Part shown: positions 1-13,170 of the stretch, piece by piece
Numbering within the stretch: position 1 is the first letter of the stretch
How the letters are laid out: the number at the start of each line of letters is the position of its first letter
Assembly (NCBI RefSeq): GCF_964355755.1
Contig: NC_092678.1
Coordinates: forward strand, 18,927,365 to 18,991,364
Length of the DNA stretch: 64,000 nt
From: Antedon mediterranea
Taxonomy: Eukaryota; Animalia; Echinodermata
Reading direction: 5' to 3'
Notes under the pieces: generated by a model
The model's input: only the letters and a program-made list of their open reading frames with translations
The model's database searches: none
Told to the model about the DNA's origin: nothing
Made by a program: the position numbers and the translations under genes

Positions 1-15
1 AACAAATAATTTCAG

Positions 16-331
16 GTATATCTCAAAAACGATGAAACATTCTTCGAAAAAAACCTGACTGATCTCCACAATTTCGAACAAAATGGCCAGCTTGTTTCGT
101 TATCCTTTCTTCCTGATAGCGGTGCAGAACACAAATTACTTTCACCGATCACTTGTTTGAGTCAAGATGAACAATCTTGCATAACTCTCACTATAAGGTC
201 ATTTATATCAGACTGTAAGGATGTATGTATTGATAGATATGCAGAATGGATTCGAGCCAGTGAAGATAAATACAATTGTGAGATGACTTCAATAGATAGT
301 GTTATTGACGAGTTGTATGGCAAGTGCATCG
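16..331 (+). CDS. aGPCR-A exon: last exon of unnamed domain X
   Basis: ttcag|GTATATCTC...TGCATCG|gtatgt; paralogous to 44733-45048 and 41102-41420. Confidence 0.85.
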
Positions 332-3300
332 GTATGTAGGAAATTCAATTAATATTTTGAATTTTGTGTTCTTATATTTTTTTGGAAAATTTGAATCATA
401 ATTATTAATTTATTACCATTCTGTTATTGTGAAATACAAAGAATTAGTATAGATAATTGTGCTAATAGCAGCACAGCCTAATAAATATTATTAATGCATT
501 ACTACTACTACTACTGCGTCGAGCTTGCTCGGATTCTTTTAACTACTTCTTTCCAGCCGTCTCTGTTCATCATTGCTCCTGGTAGCTCTTCAATTTTATG
601 GCCGGAGTCCAAAACTAGTTGGTCAATGAATGATTTTGGGGGCCTGCCTGGTCTTCTTGTCCCATGTGATGGCATCCAGAGCATAAGTTCGCTTATCAGT
701 TCACTTTTGTTGCGGAAAGAGTGTCCAACAAAGCGGACTCTTCTTTCTTTGATAACATCGGTGATCTTGCGAAGATTCCCATATAGCTGAGCGTTCGAGA
801 GGTGCTCTTGCCACGAAACGTTAAGAACGGCTCGTAGCATCCTAGTATATGTTCCGTTTAGAGTGTTTTCAAGTTTCTTAGTTAGGGTCCATGTCGATGA
901 CCCGTAGAGAAGGACAGACTCGACTGTGGTCTTAAAGAAATTTTTCTTCATGTTGTTTGAGATGTTGGACTTCCATATGACAGTAAGGCGTTTGAGAGCT
1001 GACCAGGCTTTGCTGATACGTATATCAACGTCTTTTGCTGTTGAGGCTATGTTGCTGCCAAGATAGGTGAACTGGTCGACTTGATTGAGAGCGTATCCGG
1101 AGCTAGTTTGAATTTGACCTTGACAGTTTACGTTCATACTTTCTGTCTTTTTGGCATTTATGTGGAGGCCGATTGAGGATGCAGCATTTTCAATGGCGTG
1201 TAGGAGGGTTTTTGCTCCAGCGATCGTGTTCGACAACAGGGCTATATCGTCAGCATAATCAGCGTCAGTTACCAATGTCGCAGGGAACCTCTTACTGATT
1301 CTTGGCTTCAATGTTAAGCCGTGTTTGTTGAGTGGATCAATAGCCGAGCGGAGAACATAATCAAGACATATGATGAAGATGTAGGGAGCGAGAGTATCTC
1401 CTTGAAGGACGCCTGCTTTTACCTGAAACGGATCAGTATCACCATCTGGAGAACGAACCAGGGCACTTGAGTTTTTGTACAGCTTCATTATGGCATTGAC
1501 AAATATTATTAATGCATTAGGAATATGTAATAAGTACAAATACTGCATCGTATTTATTAAAATACTATTACATATCATTATCATTTACAATTTAGTTGCA
1601 CCAATTATTACGTCAGTCAGTAGTTCAATGAAAACCAATTCAGAAGAAAGTGTAACATTGTATTGTGTAGCGTCTGGAGTTCCAGCAGCGATTGTTCAAT
1701 GGGGGAAATTCAATGAAGCAGATAAATACGTAGAAGTTACAAAGCCATCTACTAGACAAGCAGTTTACGAACTAATGGATTTTTCTGCAACGTAGGCCTA
1801 ATTTGTTTTTATTATTATCTTGAACATCCTCATTCTTTCTTTGATTCGTCTTTCGATCAGTAGTTTAAGTATATCAATCATGCAATACCAGAAAATATGA
1901 AAACCTAACCAAAAGTTAAAATTGTCTTTTTTTTTCTCGGATCTTATTAAAAAAAAATAAACCTTAAGGTGTGTTTTTGTATTATAGATATGCTTGCCGT
2001 GTTTGGAATATCGCGGGTACAATAATCAGTGAGACTGTAATTATTTCATTAGAAGGTAAAGAGCAAACATAAATTATCTGATAATATAATATTAAATATA
2101 AAATGCACGATACTATACAAATTTCTACCTTACAATGTATATCTTTTTTCACATTAGTTGCTAAAAATTCCACTGAAGGCATGTCATAGTTATTGTTTTC
2201 TCAAGTAAAATTGCTTTCTGCTCCTTTTTATTTTTATATTAAAGAGCATTTCATAGTTTTTCTTCAAAAGTGTAATCTATGTTGCCTGTCTTGTATCAAA
2301 TGTTTATATTCTACTTTTTTGCAATTGGCGTATTTCTTTGCTTAGATTATTTTCTATCACTGAATAATGTTGGTATAACATTTTGTTTTACATTACATTG
2401 TATTAAGGTTAACCTAGTTCTTTTGTACATAATAACTGTATTACCTTTATATCCTTTTAGATGCATCATGTACGGTTAATCATGCGTCAATGCGGGATAG
2501 TTCAAAGTCGAAGCAAAAATGTTACAACAGTACTATAACAAATATCACACGTACACGTAATCCACGTGATTTTGGAGGGCAGTATTACAAAGACACTTTT
2601 GTTCAAGGATCCGTTCTGTACAGTATGTCATTTTCCTCTTCCAACTTTGACATTGGCAATGGATCTTACTCCAATTCCAGCTCAACAAACTATAATTACG
2701 TCATAATTTCCATAGAATTCACCATGTTGAATCAAAATACAGGTGTAGCTGTTTACTTTCAAACGTTTAACGGTATAATAATTAATCCTGAAAAAGAAAG
2801 CTTTCAAATTGACTTGATGTTTGATCAACCAATCAAAATTAAAAGCACATCTACGTATGAGATTACACTAAATTGTCATTCTCATCTTCCCGTTCAATTT
2901 TCTGATGAGGCGATTTCAATTAATGGAGTTACTTGTAAAAACGACTCACCAGAGTGTTTGCTATTTCTAAGTGAATGGAACATTCAGGCGAATGCTGGCT
3001 GCAGTCAAACAGATGTGGAAATTACAGCCCTTGAAAGTTGCGTTGGAGAGTTTGTTAAAGGTATAGTATTAGTAAAGCTATGTAAATCTGTATTGCACAT
3101 GTACCTTATGACATTGAAAAAGTTATTAATATTGGAATTGAGGTAACCCACCTTGCTATTCAGACCTGCAAGTAAGTCCCATTTTCAGTAAAAAAAAGAA
3201 TCACCTGGCTACAGGCTTAAGATTGTTCTTCAGAACATTCCAGTACTTATATCATTTTCTTTAACTGCGGATTTTTGTTCACGTATTTAGTCTTTTTTCA

Positions 3301-6300
3301 AGATTGTAATGCTATTTTATTTATATAGTTTTAGAAAGTTGCTTCATTATCTTTATTTTTAGATCCTCGTGTAGTTCGTAACCCCGAATCACGTGCTGTT
3401 GATATTGGTATGACAGTTATGTTGGAATGCATTATAGAAAATGTAGAGTTTTATGAATGGTATAAAAACGGCGACCGTATCCCCAATGCTAACAGTCCTA
3501 CTTACAGTGTGCAGCTAGATAAAGGCCAGAGTCAGGGTGACTATACTTGTTTTGGATCTAGATCTCAAGATAAAAAAGATGCAGCATCAAACCTTGCCAC
3601 CGTGCTCATAACAGGTTAGTCACTTTTCATTGTCATGTCATTACCACATAGTCCAAGAGAAGGTTATGTTTCAGAGCCATAGAAAATTGTGATATATGTT
3701 TTTCAAACTTGAATACAAATTTTGTTGATATTTATGTTAATTTTTAATAAGTGTTAAAAATGTTTTGTTATTGTATTTTTTAGGTTTGTCTACTTTTAGA
3801 GTAAATGTTACATTCAATATTTCATTCAAGGAAGACTATTCGAACAGAGAAAGTGCGGCATTCAACAATTTTACAAATGAATTGAAGAAATCTGTAAGTA
3901 TTACTAATATTATCAAACCCTGAAATGATGAATTTACAAATGTTTCCATTGAGTAGTAAACATAGTGGTTACAAGTGTTATTACCTAAAATAAACATCAA
4001 TCGATTTTACTCAGCGAATCCCTTTGAATAATTTTGCAATAAATGCCATATACAATTATTTATTTTTATTTGTTTATTTCCTTTCAACGGGAATCGAGAG
4101 GGGCGAGGGGGGGGATTGTTGTTTAATTTAAATTTGTTTGAAAAATACATATTTGCCTAAACTGTGTTACGTTACATATGGGTCAAATATTTATCTCTTT
4201 AGGCCTACTAATAATAATTCAAAACGCAGTAGGCCTATAGAACCTATTTTCTAACCTGAAAGAATTCTACAAAATAGGCCTACCACTTTTAACACCAAAA
4301 AAGAACATATAAAATATTTGTATTTCAGTTGTCTGCAAATATACCACAAGTTTCTGAAATTTTTGTTATGAGCCTGAAATCCGGAAGTGTTATTACAGTG
4401 ATGGATTTATACATCAACCAAGGTCAAAATGCTTCCACATACAGTACTATGATAAATGATTCTCTCACTTTGTTACCTGGGTTTTTCACAGACTCTGAAT
4501 CTATCAATGTAATAAGTATATGTAAGTTTTTAAATGATTTTTTCTAATAATGATTATAAATAAAACCACATAATTTGTGAAGCAATCAATGATAAAGTGT
4601 GTGTAGGCCTACTGTAAGCATTCGGCTGAAATTGTTTTTCAAACAATGCATTTTTTCTCGAGATCATCCTATATTCACCACCATGAGACAGACTTTCTCA
4701 ATCGTACTTCTTTGATATCGTTTTCATTTGTGATTATTTGGACAAACATATTTATGTTCAGTTCATTGTTGCTTTTTATGCAGCATCCTGCATTGGAGAG
4801 GACTTGATAATTGATGGCACTCTCTACAGTTTTCCAGATGTTCCTCTTGGTGTAACTGCAGATTCAATTCAAGATTGCCTCCTATATTCTCACGAAGGTA
4901 AGTTTAAATATAAAATATATTGCGACTTCAGTTCTTATAAATCACCTTATGTTTACTTAAAAAGATTACGAATCAAGATTACGATTAAGAAACAGATTAA
5001 AGTAAAACGTTTCCCTTAGTGACACAGTTCTCTTGCTAGCATAATTTAGGCTACTAAAGTGTTCACAAATAACTTTTCATGATTGTATTTTTTTCTGTTT
5101 TCAAAGATACAACTGTTCCTCTTGCAACCCGACACTGTGATGGAAATTTCATATCAGGAGCTGAATGGGACAATGTCGTAATCACAGACTGTGACATTAA
5201 AAATAGTAGACTAGACGAGGTATCTAATTTACTGTGATATTTGGGGAAATCCTTTGTGGAAATAGTTTTTTTAAATATACATTGATTCAACTTTTGTTTT
5301 CTTTTTTCAGATTGAAGTTACAGAAGATAATGTTTTAGTAATAGCGGACGCTCTTGCAGAATTTACACAAGATACACCAGTTATGGACGAGAAGTCTGTT
5401 GGGTCAGTTGCAAACATTTTAGAAGATATTGTTAATCTTGAGAATCCAGATGAAAGGGTAAGTATATGCTCTTTTCATTATCAAACAGCTGTTGAATTTT
5501 GCACAACCTCAATATGAAAAGTATGCAGTTATTGGTAAAATGGTTAAGGTTTTATGACAGACATTTACCGAAGATAATTTTAACACGTATCGCAAATCAA
5601 GCTCTACTTTATTTAATTAGTGCTAACTGGCTACACCCAGAGCAAATTTTTCACTAATGTTCAATTTCCAAAGCTAGTATGGGACATAGAATGTGCTAAT
5701 TTGAACTTTAACAATGTGATTATTCATGTAATTATGAATTAATTAATTTATATTAGTTAATAAAAATAATGTTTGTTTGGACTTACTTTTAATGATTATT
5801 TACAGATAACCTCAAACGTGGTTGAAGTTGTTGATAACATAATTCATTCTGGTATACTGAATTTATCAATGAGAGAAACAGCATCGTCGTTTGTGACGTC
5901 ATTAGAAAGACAGCTTGCAACAGTGGCAGCAGCAGGCATGAACTTCACCAGTGTACAGCCAAATATTGGCGTGATGACTTTGGCAGTAAGCTCAGATTCT
6001 CTGGTAAACGGGCTAGCTTATGTAGCTTTGTCTGATGGTGATTCACTCAAGAACATTTTTGAATCAGACGATGTTGACATATATTATGAGGATGTTCCTT
6101 CCTTTAATATTGTAGGAGCTTCAATCGCCCTTCCGCCTGAGATCACCTTACTCAGTCAGGCTCAACTGGGCGTAGATGAGATCCGATTATATTTTACGGT
6201 TTACCAGAATAGTTCTTTATTTATTTCTAACAACTTGGTTATCAAGAAGTCTGGAGAAGGTTTTAAGCGCCATGTTGGCAGTAAGATCATTTCAGCTTCA

Positions 6301-9300
6301 ATAGAGGCTGTCATGGTTGATGGACTTGTCACACCTATAAAATTGGCTTTCTTACCACGGCATGTAAGTAACTAAGTTAAACTATTTCATGTAGAAAGCA
6401 TTTATAAAAGATTGAGACTAGGTTGTGTACACTATAAGAGTCACTTCTAATAGAAAATAGAAAAGTTTCTGTAAAAATCTCTGGCTGAGTTCAAAGATAT
6501 TTCGACATTCAATTTCTGTTTGTTTATATTTATTCATTTTATAGGAAGTTATCAATAACAATACAGAATGTGTTTTCTGGGATTTTTCACTTGATGATGG
6601 AGTAGGTGATTGGTCAATCGAAGGATGTGAGTTAAATAAAACAACAGACGACCGAGTCATATGCTTATGTGACCATCTTACCAACTTTGCCATTCTTGTC
6701 GTAAGTCATTTTTTTAAATATTTTTTCAGTTTTTGTTATTTGCATTTGTTACAACCGCTAATGTAGTAAAACCTCTAGCTAATGTAGTGTTTCTACATTA
6801 GCTGGAGGTTTTACTACATTAGCGGTGGATTGTTCTACATTACCGGTTGCTTTGACATTAGCTGGCATTTTATACATTAGCGGTTGTAACTTTACAAATG
6901 TCATTAGGGTTGGTGAACTAAATACGCCGACTTTTTTCCAAACTACGTCAACTCTAAACGATTCTCTATATTCTCTACTCTAATCTATTATTTGGAACAA
7001 TAAAAGGGAAAAGATAAAAAGAAAATCTCTAATTGGTGATGATGAAATGGGAGGCATTAAAATGCCTGATTTTATTCTTTATGTTAACGCACTCATGTGT
7101 GGCTGGTAAAAAAAATTATGAATGATGATGGTGCTAAATGGATAAATATTCCAATGTATTATATTAAAAAAATATGTGATGTTAATGTTTTACTTAATAT
7201 GTCATTTCATAGCATTATTGATGTTAATTCTAATAAAATTCCACTGTTTTACAAAAAATATGATAAAAGCCTACATAAATTATGACAGAATCTCTAAAAA
7301 AAAAACCTCAAACTTATAACGATATAATGAATGAGCAACTGTGGGGAAACGACTACGTTAAACTAAAAAAAATATCGCTTTTCTACAAGCATTGGATTGA
7401 CAGTGGCATTATCAGTATTAAAGACATTGTTAATAAGAACACTTTTTTAACATCAAACGAAATACTGGTGAAACTACAATGTAAAACAAACTGATTAAAT
7501 GATTATTTGTGCATTATTAAGGCAATACCAATTCAATGGAAACGTATTATTAAGGAGGTAGATATTTTCAATTGTGATGATAATGATGAGTTAGTTGGGA
7601 CCAAGTATGAGATTAATACTACCAAACTAATATACTCATGGTTTGTGAAAGAATATTTCATTATTCCAATGTCACACGAACTAAAATGGGAAGAGTACTT
7701 CAATGATAACAACATAGATTGGAAAACATCTTGGTTACGAAAAGTATGTATTAAAATGAAAGAAGAAACTAGCACAATTCAATTATAAGATGTTACATAG
7801 AATACTGCCTACCAACAAACGGCTGTATCAGTGGAAAGTTAAGGAAACACAAACGTGTGATAAATGTGGAGAAATTGAAAATGAAAATCATTTGTTTTTT
7901 AGTTGTACATTTATTCAGAAATTTTGGAGGAAAATTCTTAGTATCTTTGTAAGTTTAAACCACAATAATATATCATTTAAACAATTAATACTAGGAACGG
8001 GAGATAAGCTAGTAGATTATATTTACACATTTGCAGCATTCACTATTTATAGAATAAAAATGTTATCAGCACTAAATAAGCCAGTGGGTAAATCGTTATG
8101 GAATTCATTTAAAAGCAATATGTTATATGACATTGAATGTGAAACATATAACAATAAAGAAAGAAGTATAGAAAAATGGGTAGCTTTAAGAAATACTATT
8201 ATGCTAATATAATTTCTAATTTGATACGATTAACCGAAAAAGAATTACAGTGATACGGGTTACTGGTGGTACTGAGCTATTATTTTTTGGTTTTTTTTGG
8301 TTTTTTTTTATAATTTTCTATTTATCATGTATATAAATATATTGTATAATCCGGGTTGTAAAATGAAAACAAACAAATGAAAATGTGTGAACTATTTTAA
8401 AACGGGATAGATAATAATGATGATCCTGTCAAGTGTATAGCAAAATATAAGAAAATTAATGAAAAAATGAGTAATACAGAATTCATATATGTAAAAATGT
8501 TACTTATGAACTGTAACGACATGTACAAGTTAAATAATACGATTTTATGTAATATGAGAAAATATGAATGTGAATAAAAGTGGTGTTTGCGCAACAAAAG
8601 AGAAAAAAAAACTCTAAACTATTAAAACAAATACGCGAATTGTCCATAATACATCAATTTAATATGACTATTTTCCATGCTGTTTTTATAACTGTTTTTT
8701 AGGCCTATTTTGATAGGTATACTGGTCTGGTATATTGCTCTATCGTACATTGTACAGACTTGATTACATTATTAATGCATAAGCCATATTTACGACTAAA
8801 GTTAGACATAGGCCTACCTTCTGTATGAGAATGTACTATTTGTGAGTACCGTTTACAGCCCAATGAATTAAAATTAATTGAAACACAGTGTTCTTAATGT
8901 GTTATGCATAACCAAACTAAATTCATCATTCGTGCTTTATTCGCATTCTTATTATTTGTTACATAAATATTGAAACGGTGCTCATATTCGTAACATGACC
9001 TCATAATCGCGTCGAGCATATCTCATTGGCGAAAGTTCCGTATTTTTTTGTTGTATGAAAAAAATGTCTCCGGGCGTGATTCGAAATGAGCACTGTTTCA
9101 ATAATTTGACAGTATGATGTATATATATATATAATTTACACAGTGCTACGCAACACAATTAATTTACATATATATAATATTATGTTTACAGGACTATTAT
9201 GAACCCAAAGAGAGTTACAATGCCTTATCTACTATCAGTATTATTGGATGCATCGTTTCTGTTGTCAGTTTGGTGGCAACAATTGCTACATACCTGTACT

Positions 9301-12039
9301 TTAAGTAAGTACAAAAACAGTATAAAAGAATTAGAAAAAAAAACAATAAATCACAAGATTCCATTAACTTGTAAACTCAACAGCTACGCAGCTGTTTAAT
9401 TCGAAAATGTTATTTTGCGCACGGTCAGAAATATTTGAAAATAAATTTTGTGTTGATTAACACGATATCTTCCTTTCTTGAATCAGTAATAATAGTCGTA
9501 GCCTAGAACTAATTTAATGTATCTTTAACAACTATGTAGTAAAGTTTAGCAACTACGCAGCTGTTTGATTCGAAAATGTTATTTTGCGCATGGTCAGAAA
9601 TATTTGAAAATAAATCTTGTGTCGTGTTCTTGCTTAATCTATGATTAACACGATATCTTCCTTTCTTGAATCTGATAAAATTCTTAAAGTATTACTCGAC
9701 ATAAACATAGGTGTATGTGGCGTTAAACCAGCTCAATATAATGCATAGAAAATACAATTTTAAAAACTTTAACCAACGTAACATTTATCTAAAAATAAAA
9801 CATTAACATACCTTTCTATTATGTATAAGCCTGTACTGCTCTATTTTGTAGTTATGAACATGTAATAAGTTTATTTTATTAATTTTTCATTATGGGTTAC
9901 TTTGCAAGAAGCCACAATAATGGGACACTGCGTAAAAATGTAACGATATACAGAGCGCCGCCTATAGAAACTGTTCCATAAAGTATAATACTTATTAATT
10001 TGTTTGATACTGTACTAACAAACAATATTTTTTTGTAGACAATTTCGAAGTAAACGTCCACAGAAAATTCTCATTAATCTGTCACTCTCGTTGCTTCTCC
10101 TCTACCTCGTGTTTGCAATTGGCATCAAGCAGACAGGTTATAAAACTGGATGCATCGCTGTGGCAGCGTTGATTCATTACTTGGGACTGGCTTCTGTTTT
10201 CTGGATGTCAATCGAAGCTGTAAACATGTACCTTATGTTTGTCAAAATCATCCACGGTGAAATTAGATATTTTATGCTCAAAGTGTGTGTAGCAGGTTAT
10301 GGTAAATATTTTGCATTCCATTTTCATGCCCATACCCATCAGTGAGTGTAACATTGGTTCGCACTAGAGACGCAACGCAAAGACGAAGACGCAACGCAAG
10401 CGTTGCATTGAGTTCGAATATTCCAATCCATTGTAATTGATCAAATAACTTTGCGTTACGTCTCTGTGTTGAATCTCCTATTATAGAATAAGCGTTTACC
10501 TTCCTGATTGAAAATATTAGTAAGAGTTCGCCGCTTACGTCTGATCTAAATACCTGGTCAAGAAGACAATCTAAATGACTAATGATAATAAAGCAAAACC
10601 GATAAACATTCATTTTCAGTGGCAACAAATAATTATAATATTTTGCAGGAAAAAAGGATTTATTATAGTTGTTTGTGACGTACTTTTCTTTGTACATTCG
10701 GGAACGAATCATTCCACGAGAGATAGGCCTACTAATAATCTGTATTCTCGTGCAATAAATGTTATAAAAGGCACCATCCTGGTCTGGGTTAGTTTGTATG
10801 TCTGTTCCATCATTCATTTTTATTCAAGTGTTTCAATGCCAATGAGCTTCCTTTTTCACAACACGCCATGAGATTATGATGGCGCTAGTTACAATCAGTT
10901 ACGCATGATTAAATACTAATGAATGACGTAATGACTCAACTACAACTACACATTTTGCGCACGGTCAGAAATATAATAAAGTTTACGTTTGAAAATAAAT
11001 TTAGTTACGTGTTCTTGTTTAATCGCGATATCTTCTTTTCTTAAATCTGACATAATTTGTAGCCTAGAACTAATTTAATGTATCTTTAACAATTGTTTTC
11101 AGGAATTCCTCTGATAATTGTTGCTGTTTGTCTTGGAATTGATGTTAATCAGTACGCGACTAACGATTAGTAAGTAACAGATCAGTTTCAAAACGTTTGT
11201 TGATAAAGTTATAAATTAGGCATTCCAAAACTGAGAGTGAAAAAAAAGAGGTACCAAAGAAAACCGTGTTTTATATTGAGTATAGAGTTTATTTGTCTTC
11301 ATATATTTAAAAGAAGCCGCGGAGGGGTTGACCTCTCTCTTGATTTTAATATATATCTTCTGTAAACTATTTTCTTATTGTCCTAATTATTTGTAACTAT
11401 TTCGTATAAACAAACCATGGAGTAAGGAATAACATACTGACTCTTATCCAAAGCTTGTTGTTTTCTTCAAGAAAATAAATAATATATTTTTATGGTAAGA
11501 CAAACTTTTGTTTAGCTAAAAGACATCGTCTGGTCATATTTTTAAAATTATTCCTTTTTTTCAGCTGTTTTATTTCTTCAGAGAATATTCGGAACTTTGG
11601 CTTCATTTTGATCATTGGTGTTCTTATGATGTTCAATTACGTGGTGTTCATTTTAGTAATGCGTACTTTGATTTGCCGACGAAAGATTGGCAACAAAGTT
11701 GAGAAAAGAGACGAAGTGATTAAACACCTCCAGAATGCTTTCGCAGTTTCTGTCCTTCTAGGCCTAACATGGGTGTTTGGATTCCTCGCCATCGATGCAG
11801 ATTCGACCTCTCGCGACGTGTTTCAGTGGCTGTTCTCTCTGTTTAACTCACTGCAAGGGCTCTTTATTTTTCTTTTCTTCTGCGTACGCCAGAAGGATAT
11901 TCGCGACGCGTGGAAGTCAATTTTCAAAGAAAGTGACAAAATCAAGAATGTTAAAAATACCAAGGATACCGGTAGTAGCAAGGTTAAGGATGATAACGTT
12001 GAAATGAAATACAATGGAGATACTAAACTAACCATTTAG
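16..12039 (+). CDS. Adhesion GPCR paralogue A, 3' part (X-Ig-Y-Ig-SEA-HormR-like-GAIN/GPS-7TM); 5' end lies upstream of the window
   Basis: 16 GT-AG exons: 16-331, 1596-1791, 1988-2055, 2461-3060, 3363-3614, 3784-3893, 4329-4521, 4784-4897, 5107-5219, 5311-5457, 5806-6363, 6545-6700, 9192-9304, 10039-10301, 11103-11169, 11565-12039. They sum to 3741 nt with consistent phases. GPS motif CVFWDF...WSIEGC...CLCDHLTNFAILV; family-B 7TM motifs LLGLTWVFG and FNSLQGLFIFLFFC. Confidence 0.93.
502..1500 (-). mobile_element. 5'-truncated RTE-like non-LTR retrotransposon (RT C-terminal half)
   Basis: Motifs GVLQGDTLAP, YADDIALL and FTYLGS; (TAG)4 tail at 502-513; 19-bp TSD aaatattattaatgcatta at 483-501 and 1501-1519; empty site in paralogue at ~45216-45234. 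Confidence 0.95.
1596..2055 (+). CDS. aGPCR-A Ig domain 1 (exons 1596-1791 and 1988-2055)
   Basis: VTLYCVASGVPAAIVQW...TYACRVWNIAG; phase-2 junction AC|A. Confidence 0.88.
2461..3060 (+). CDS. aGPCR-A 600-nt exon, unnamed beta-rich domain Y
   Basis: ttttag|ATGCA...AAAG|gtatag, phase 1-1, open frame, conserved in copy B at 47028-47627. Confidence 0.85.
3363..3614 (+). CDS. aGPCR-A Ig domain 2
   Basis: VMLECII...YEWYKNG...QGDYTCFG. Confidence 0.92.
3784..4521 (+). CDS. aGPCR-A SEA-like domain (exons 3784-3893 and 4329-4521)
   Basis: FRVNVTFNISFKEDYSNRESAAFNNF...MSLKSGSVIT, with a SEA-type GSV motif. Confidence 0.8.
4784..5219 (+). CDS. aGPCR-A HormR-like Cys-rich domain (exons 4784-4897 and 5107-5219)
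   Basis: C...YSFPDVPLG...C...ATRHCDGNFISGAEW...C, lying just before GAIN. Confidence 0.78.
5311..6363 (+). CDS. aGPCR-A GAIN domain exons (5311-5457 and 5806-6363)
   Basis: Helical subdomain followed by ...FTVYQNSSLF...SKIISASI...PIKLAF. Confidence 0.9.
6545..6700 (+). CDS. aGPCR-A GPS exon
   Basis: ECVFWDFSLDDGVGDWSIEGC...CLCDHL/TNFAILV with canonical HL|T cleavage triad. Confidence 0.96.
6748..6890. mobile_element. Palindromic MITE-like element with internal ctacattagc repeats
   Basis: TIRs gttacaaccgctaatgta / tacattagcggttgtaac; orthologous interrupted copy at ~52262-52768. Confidence 0.7.
6964..8609 (+). mobile_element. 5'-truncated, frameshifted L1/Tx1-clade LINE (ORF2 C-terminus, 3'UTR, A-tail)
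   Basis: IWNNKREKIKRK...GGIKMPDF; CCHC motif CDKCGEIENENHLFFSC; AATAAA at 8573 and A-rich tail; TSD aactctaaac(g/t)att at 6950-6963 and 8610-8623; absent from paralogue (~52841-52854). Confidence 0.92.
9192..9304 (+). CDS. aGPCR-A TM1 exon
   Basis: DYYEPKESYNALSTISIIGCIVSVVSLVATIATYLYF. Confidence 0.92.
9382..9675 (+). repeat. Two tandem copies of an intronic segment also found at ~10945-11092
   Basis: ctacgcagctgttt(a/g)attcgaaaatgttattttgcgca(c/t)ggtcagaaatat at ~9385 and ~9554; related to ~10950 and ~54730. Confidence 0.75.
10039..10301 (+). CDS. aGPCR-A TM2-TM3 exon
   Basis: KILINLSLSLLLLYLVF...GCIAVAALIHYLGLASVFWMSIEAVNMY. Confidence 0.95.
11103..11169 (+). CDS. aGPCR-A TM4 exon
   Basis: (YG)IPLIIVAVCLGIDVNQY. 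Confidence 0.9.
11565..12039 (+). CDS. aGPCR-A terminal exon, TM5-TM7 and C-tail
   Basis: YCFISS...LLGLTWVFGFL...FNSLQGLFIFLFFCVRQKDIRDAW; stop TAG. Confidence 0.96.
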
Positions 12040-13039
12040 ATCAAATAAAAAATAATTATATTAATGTGTTATTTAAATTGCTTGGGTTACCCTCCTACAT
12101 GCCTATTGCTAATTAGTACTAGCCTATCATAAAGCTATGCTATCTGGGCTACGTTATATTTTACGTTACTTTTCAGTAACGTCGTTTAAAATACTTTGTC
12201 AATTAAGTTATGCCTGATTGGGTACGATAGATAAATTAAAATCAATAATATTAATAGTTACGCCGAAATTAGTTAAACCGACCTGATAACATTTCATCAT
12301 TTTAGTAGGAACATAATAGCCTAGTACTATGTCCCATATTATGGGTTTGTCAGTATCTAGAAATCTGAGTATAAGCATCAATCTAATCCAAGTGACTACG
12401 CATTATCAAATAATAATCAGTTCACACGTATTTCTTTTCATTTTAATCGGAATTACAAGTAGCCTAAATGTTTAGTATTATTAGTTGTATTAGTTTTAAT
12501 TTGTTTCTGTATTTTTATTCATTTTAAAACACGAGGGTACTCCAATTATAGAGACCGAATGCATTTTATATATTATAATAATAAATACGCGGTATATATG
12601 TACACAGTTTATTCAATACAAAATATAGAATATAATTATATAGAATTAAAACAATCAGAAAAAGCCTATATATCACAGAAATAAAGTGGGCCTATATTGT
12701 TGATATCGGTCAGTCTTCCAATTTGAAAGTGCTTTTAAACTATAATTGAATCTATGTTATATCAACTTTGCGCCATCATATTAAGTGCTTCTAAACTATT
12801 ATCAAGTCGATTAGACCAATATAGATGGGAGAAGGAGATGGGGGCTGTATCATTGTCAAAGTTTAGTTAGGCCTAATTTATTTATTTTTTAATAATACGT
12901 TCACAGAGGAAGGGTAGTAGATTTTCAAATTATGTTAACTAATATTATGTTTAAGTAACTACATAAAGTAAATATAATACAACTGTTTGGGTGATTTAAA
13001 ATAACTAACAAAAATAGCAAATAATCAGTTTGTTTTGTT

Positions 13040-13170
13040 TGTGATGTGATATGTGAATGTGATATGTCCATATATTGACATGATGATGTCATATCACTAC
13101 GATATTTGGGTATATAACTACCATTGTTTGGGCACATCACACTTTTTTTTGTCAAACTGGTTTGATACTG
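13040..13170. repeat. Palindromic short interspersed repeat (copy 1)
   Basis: gtgat.tg.ccatatat.gacatgatgatgtcatatcactac.atatttggg; related copies at ~22465-22560 and ~58965-59085. Confidence 0.7.

Noticed and set aside
494-790. 98-aa + strand ORF with poly-Tyr
   Set aside because: Antisense of the RTE element and its (TAG)n tail
1501-1584. N-terminal 28 codons of the 357-aa RT ORF
   Set aside because: They lie in the TSD and host intron, so the ORF start is fortuitous; the element is 5'-truncated
6418-6693. Minus-strand ORFs over exons (also 5063-5290, 28067-28372, 39171-39485, 52027-52209)
   Set aside because: Antisense shadows of + strand coding exons with no domain signal
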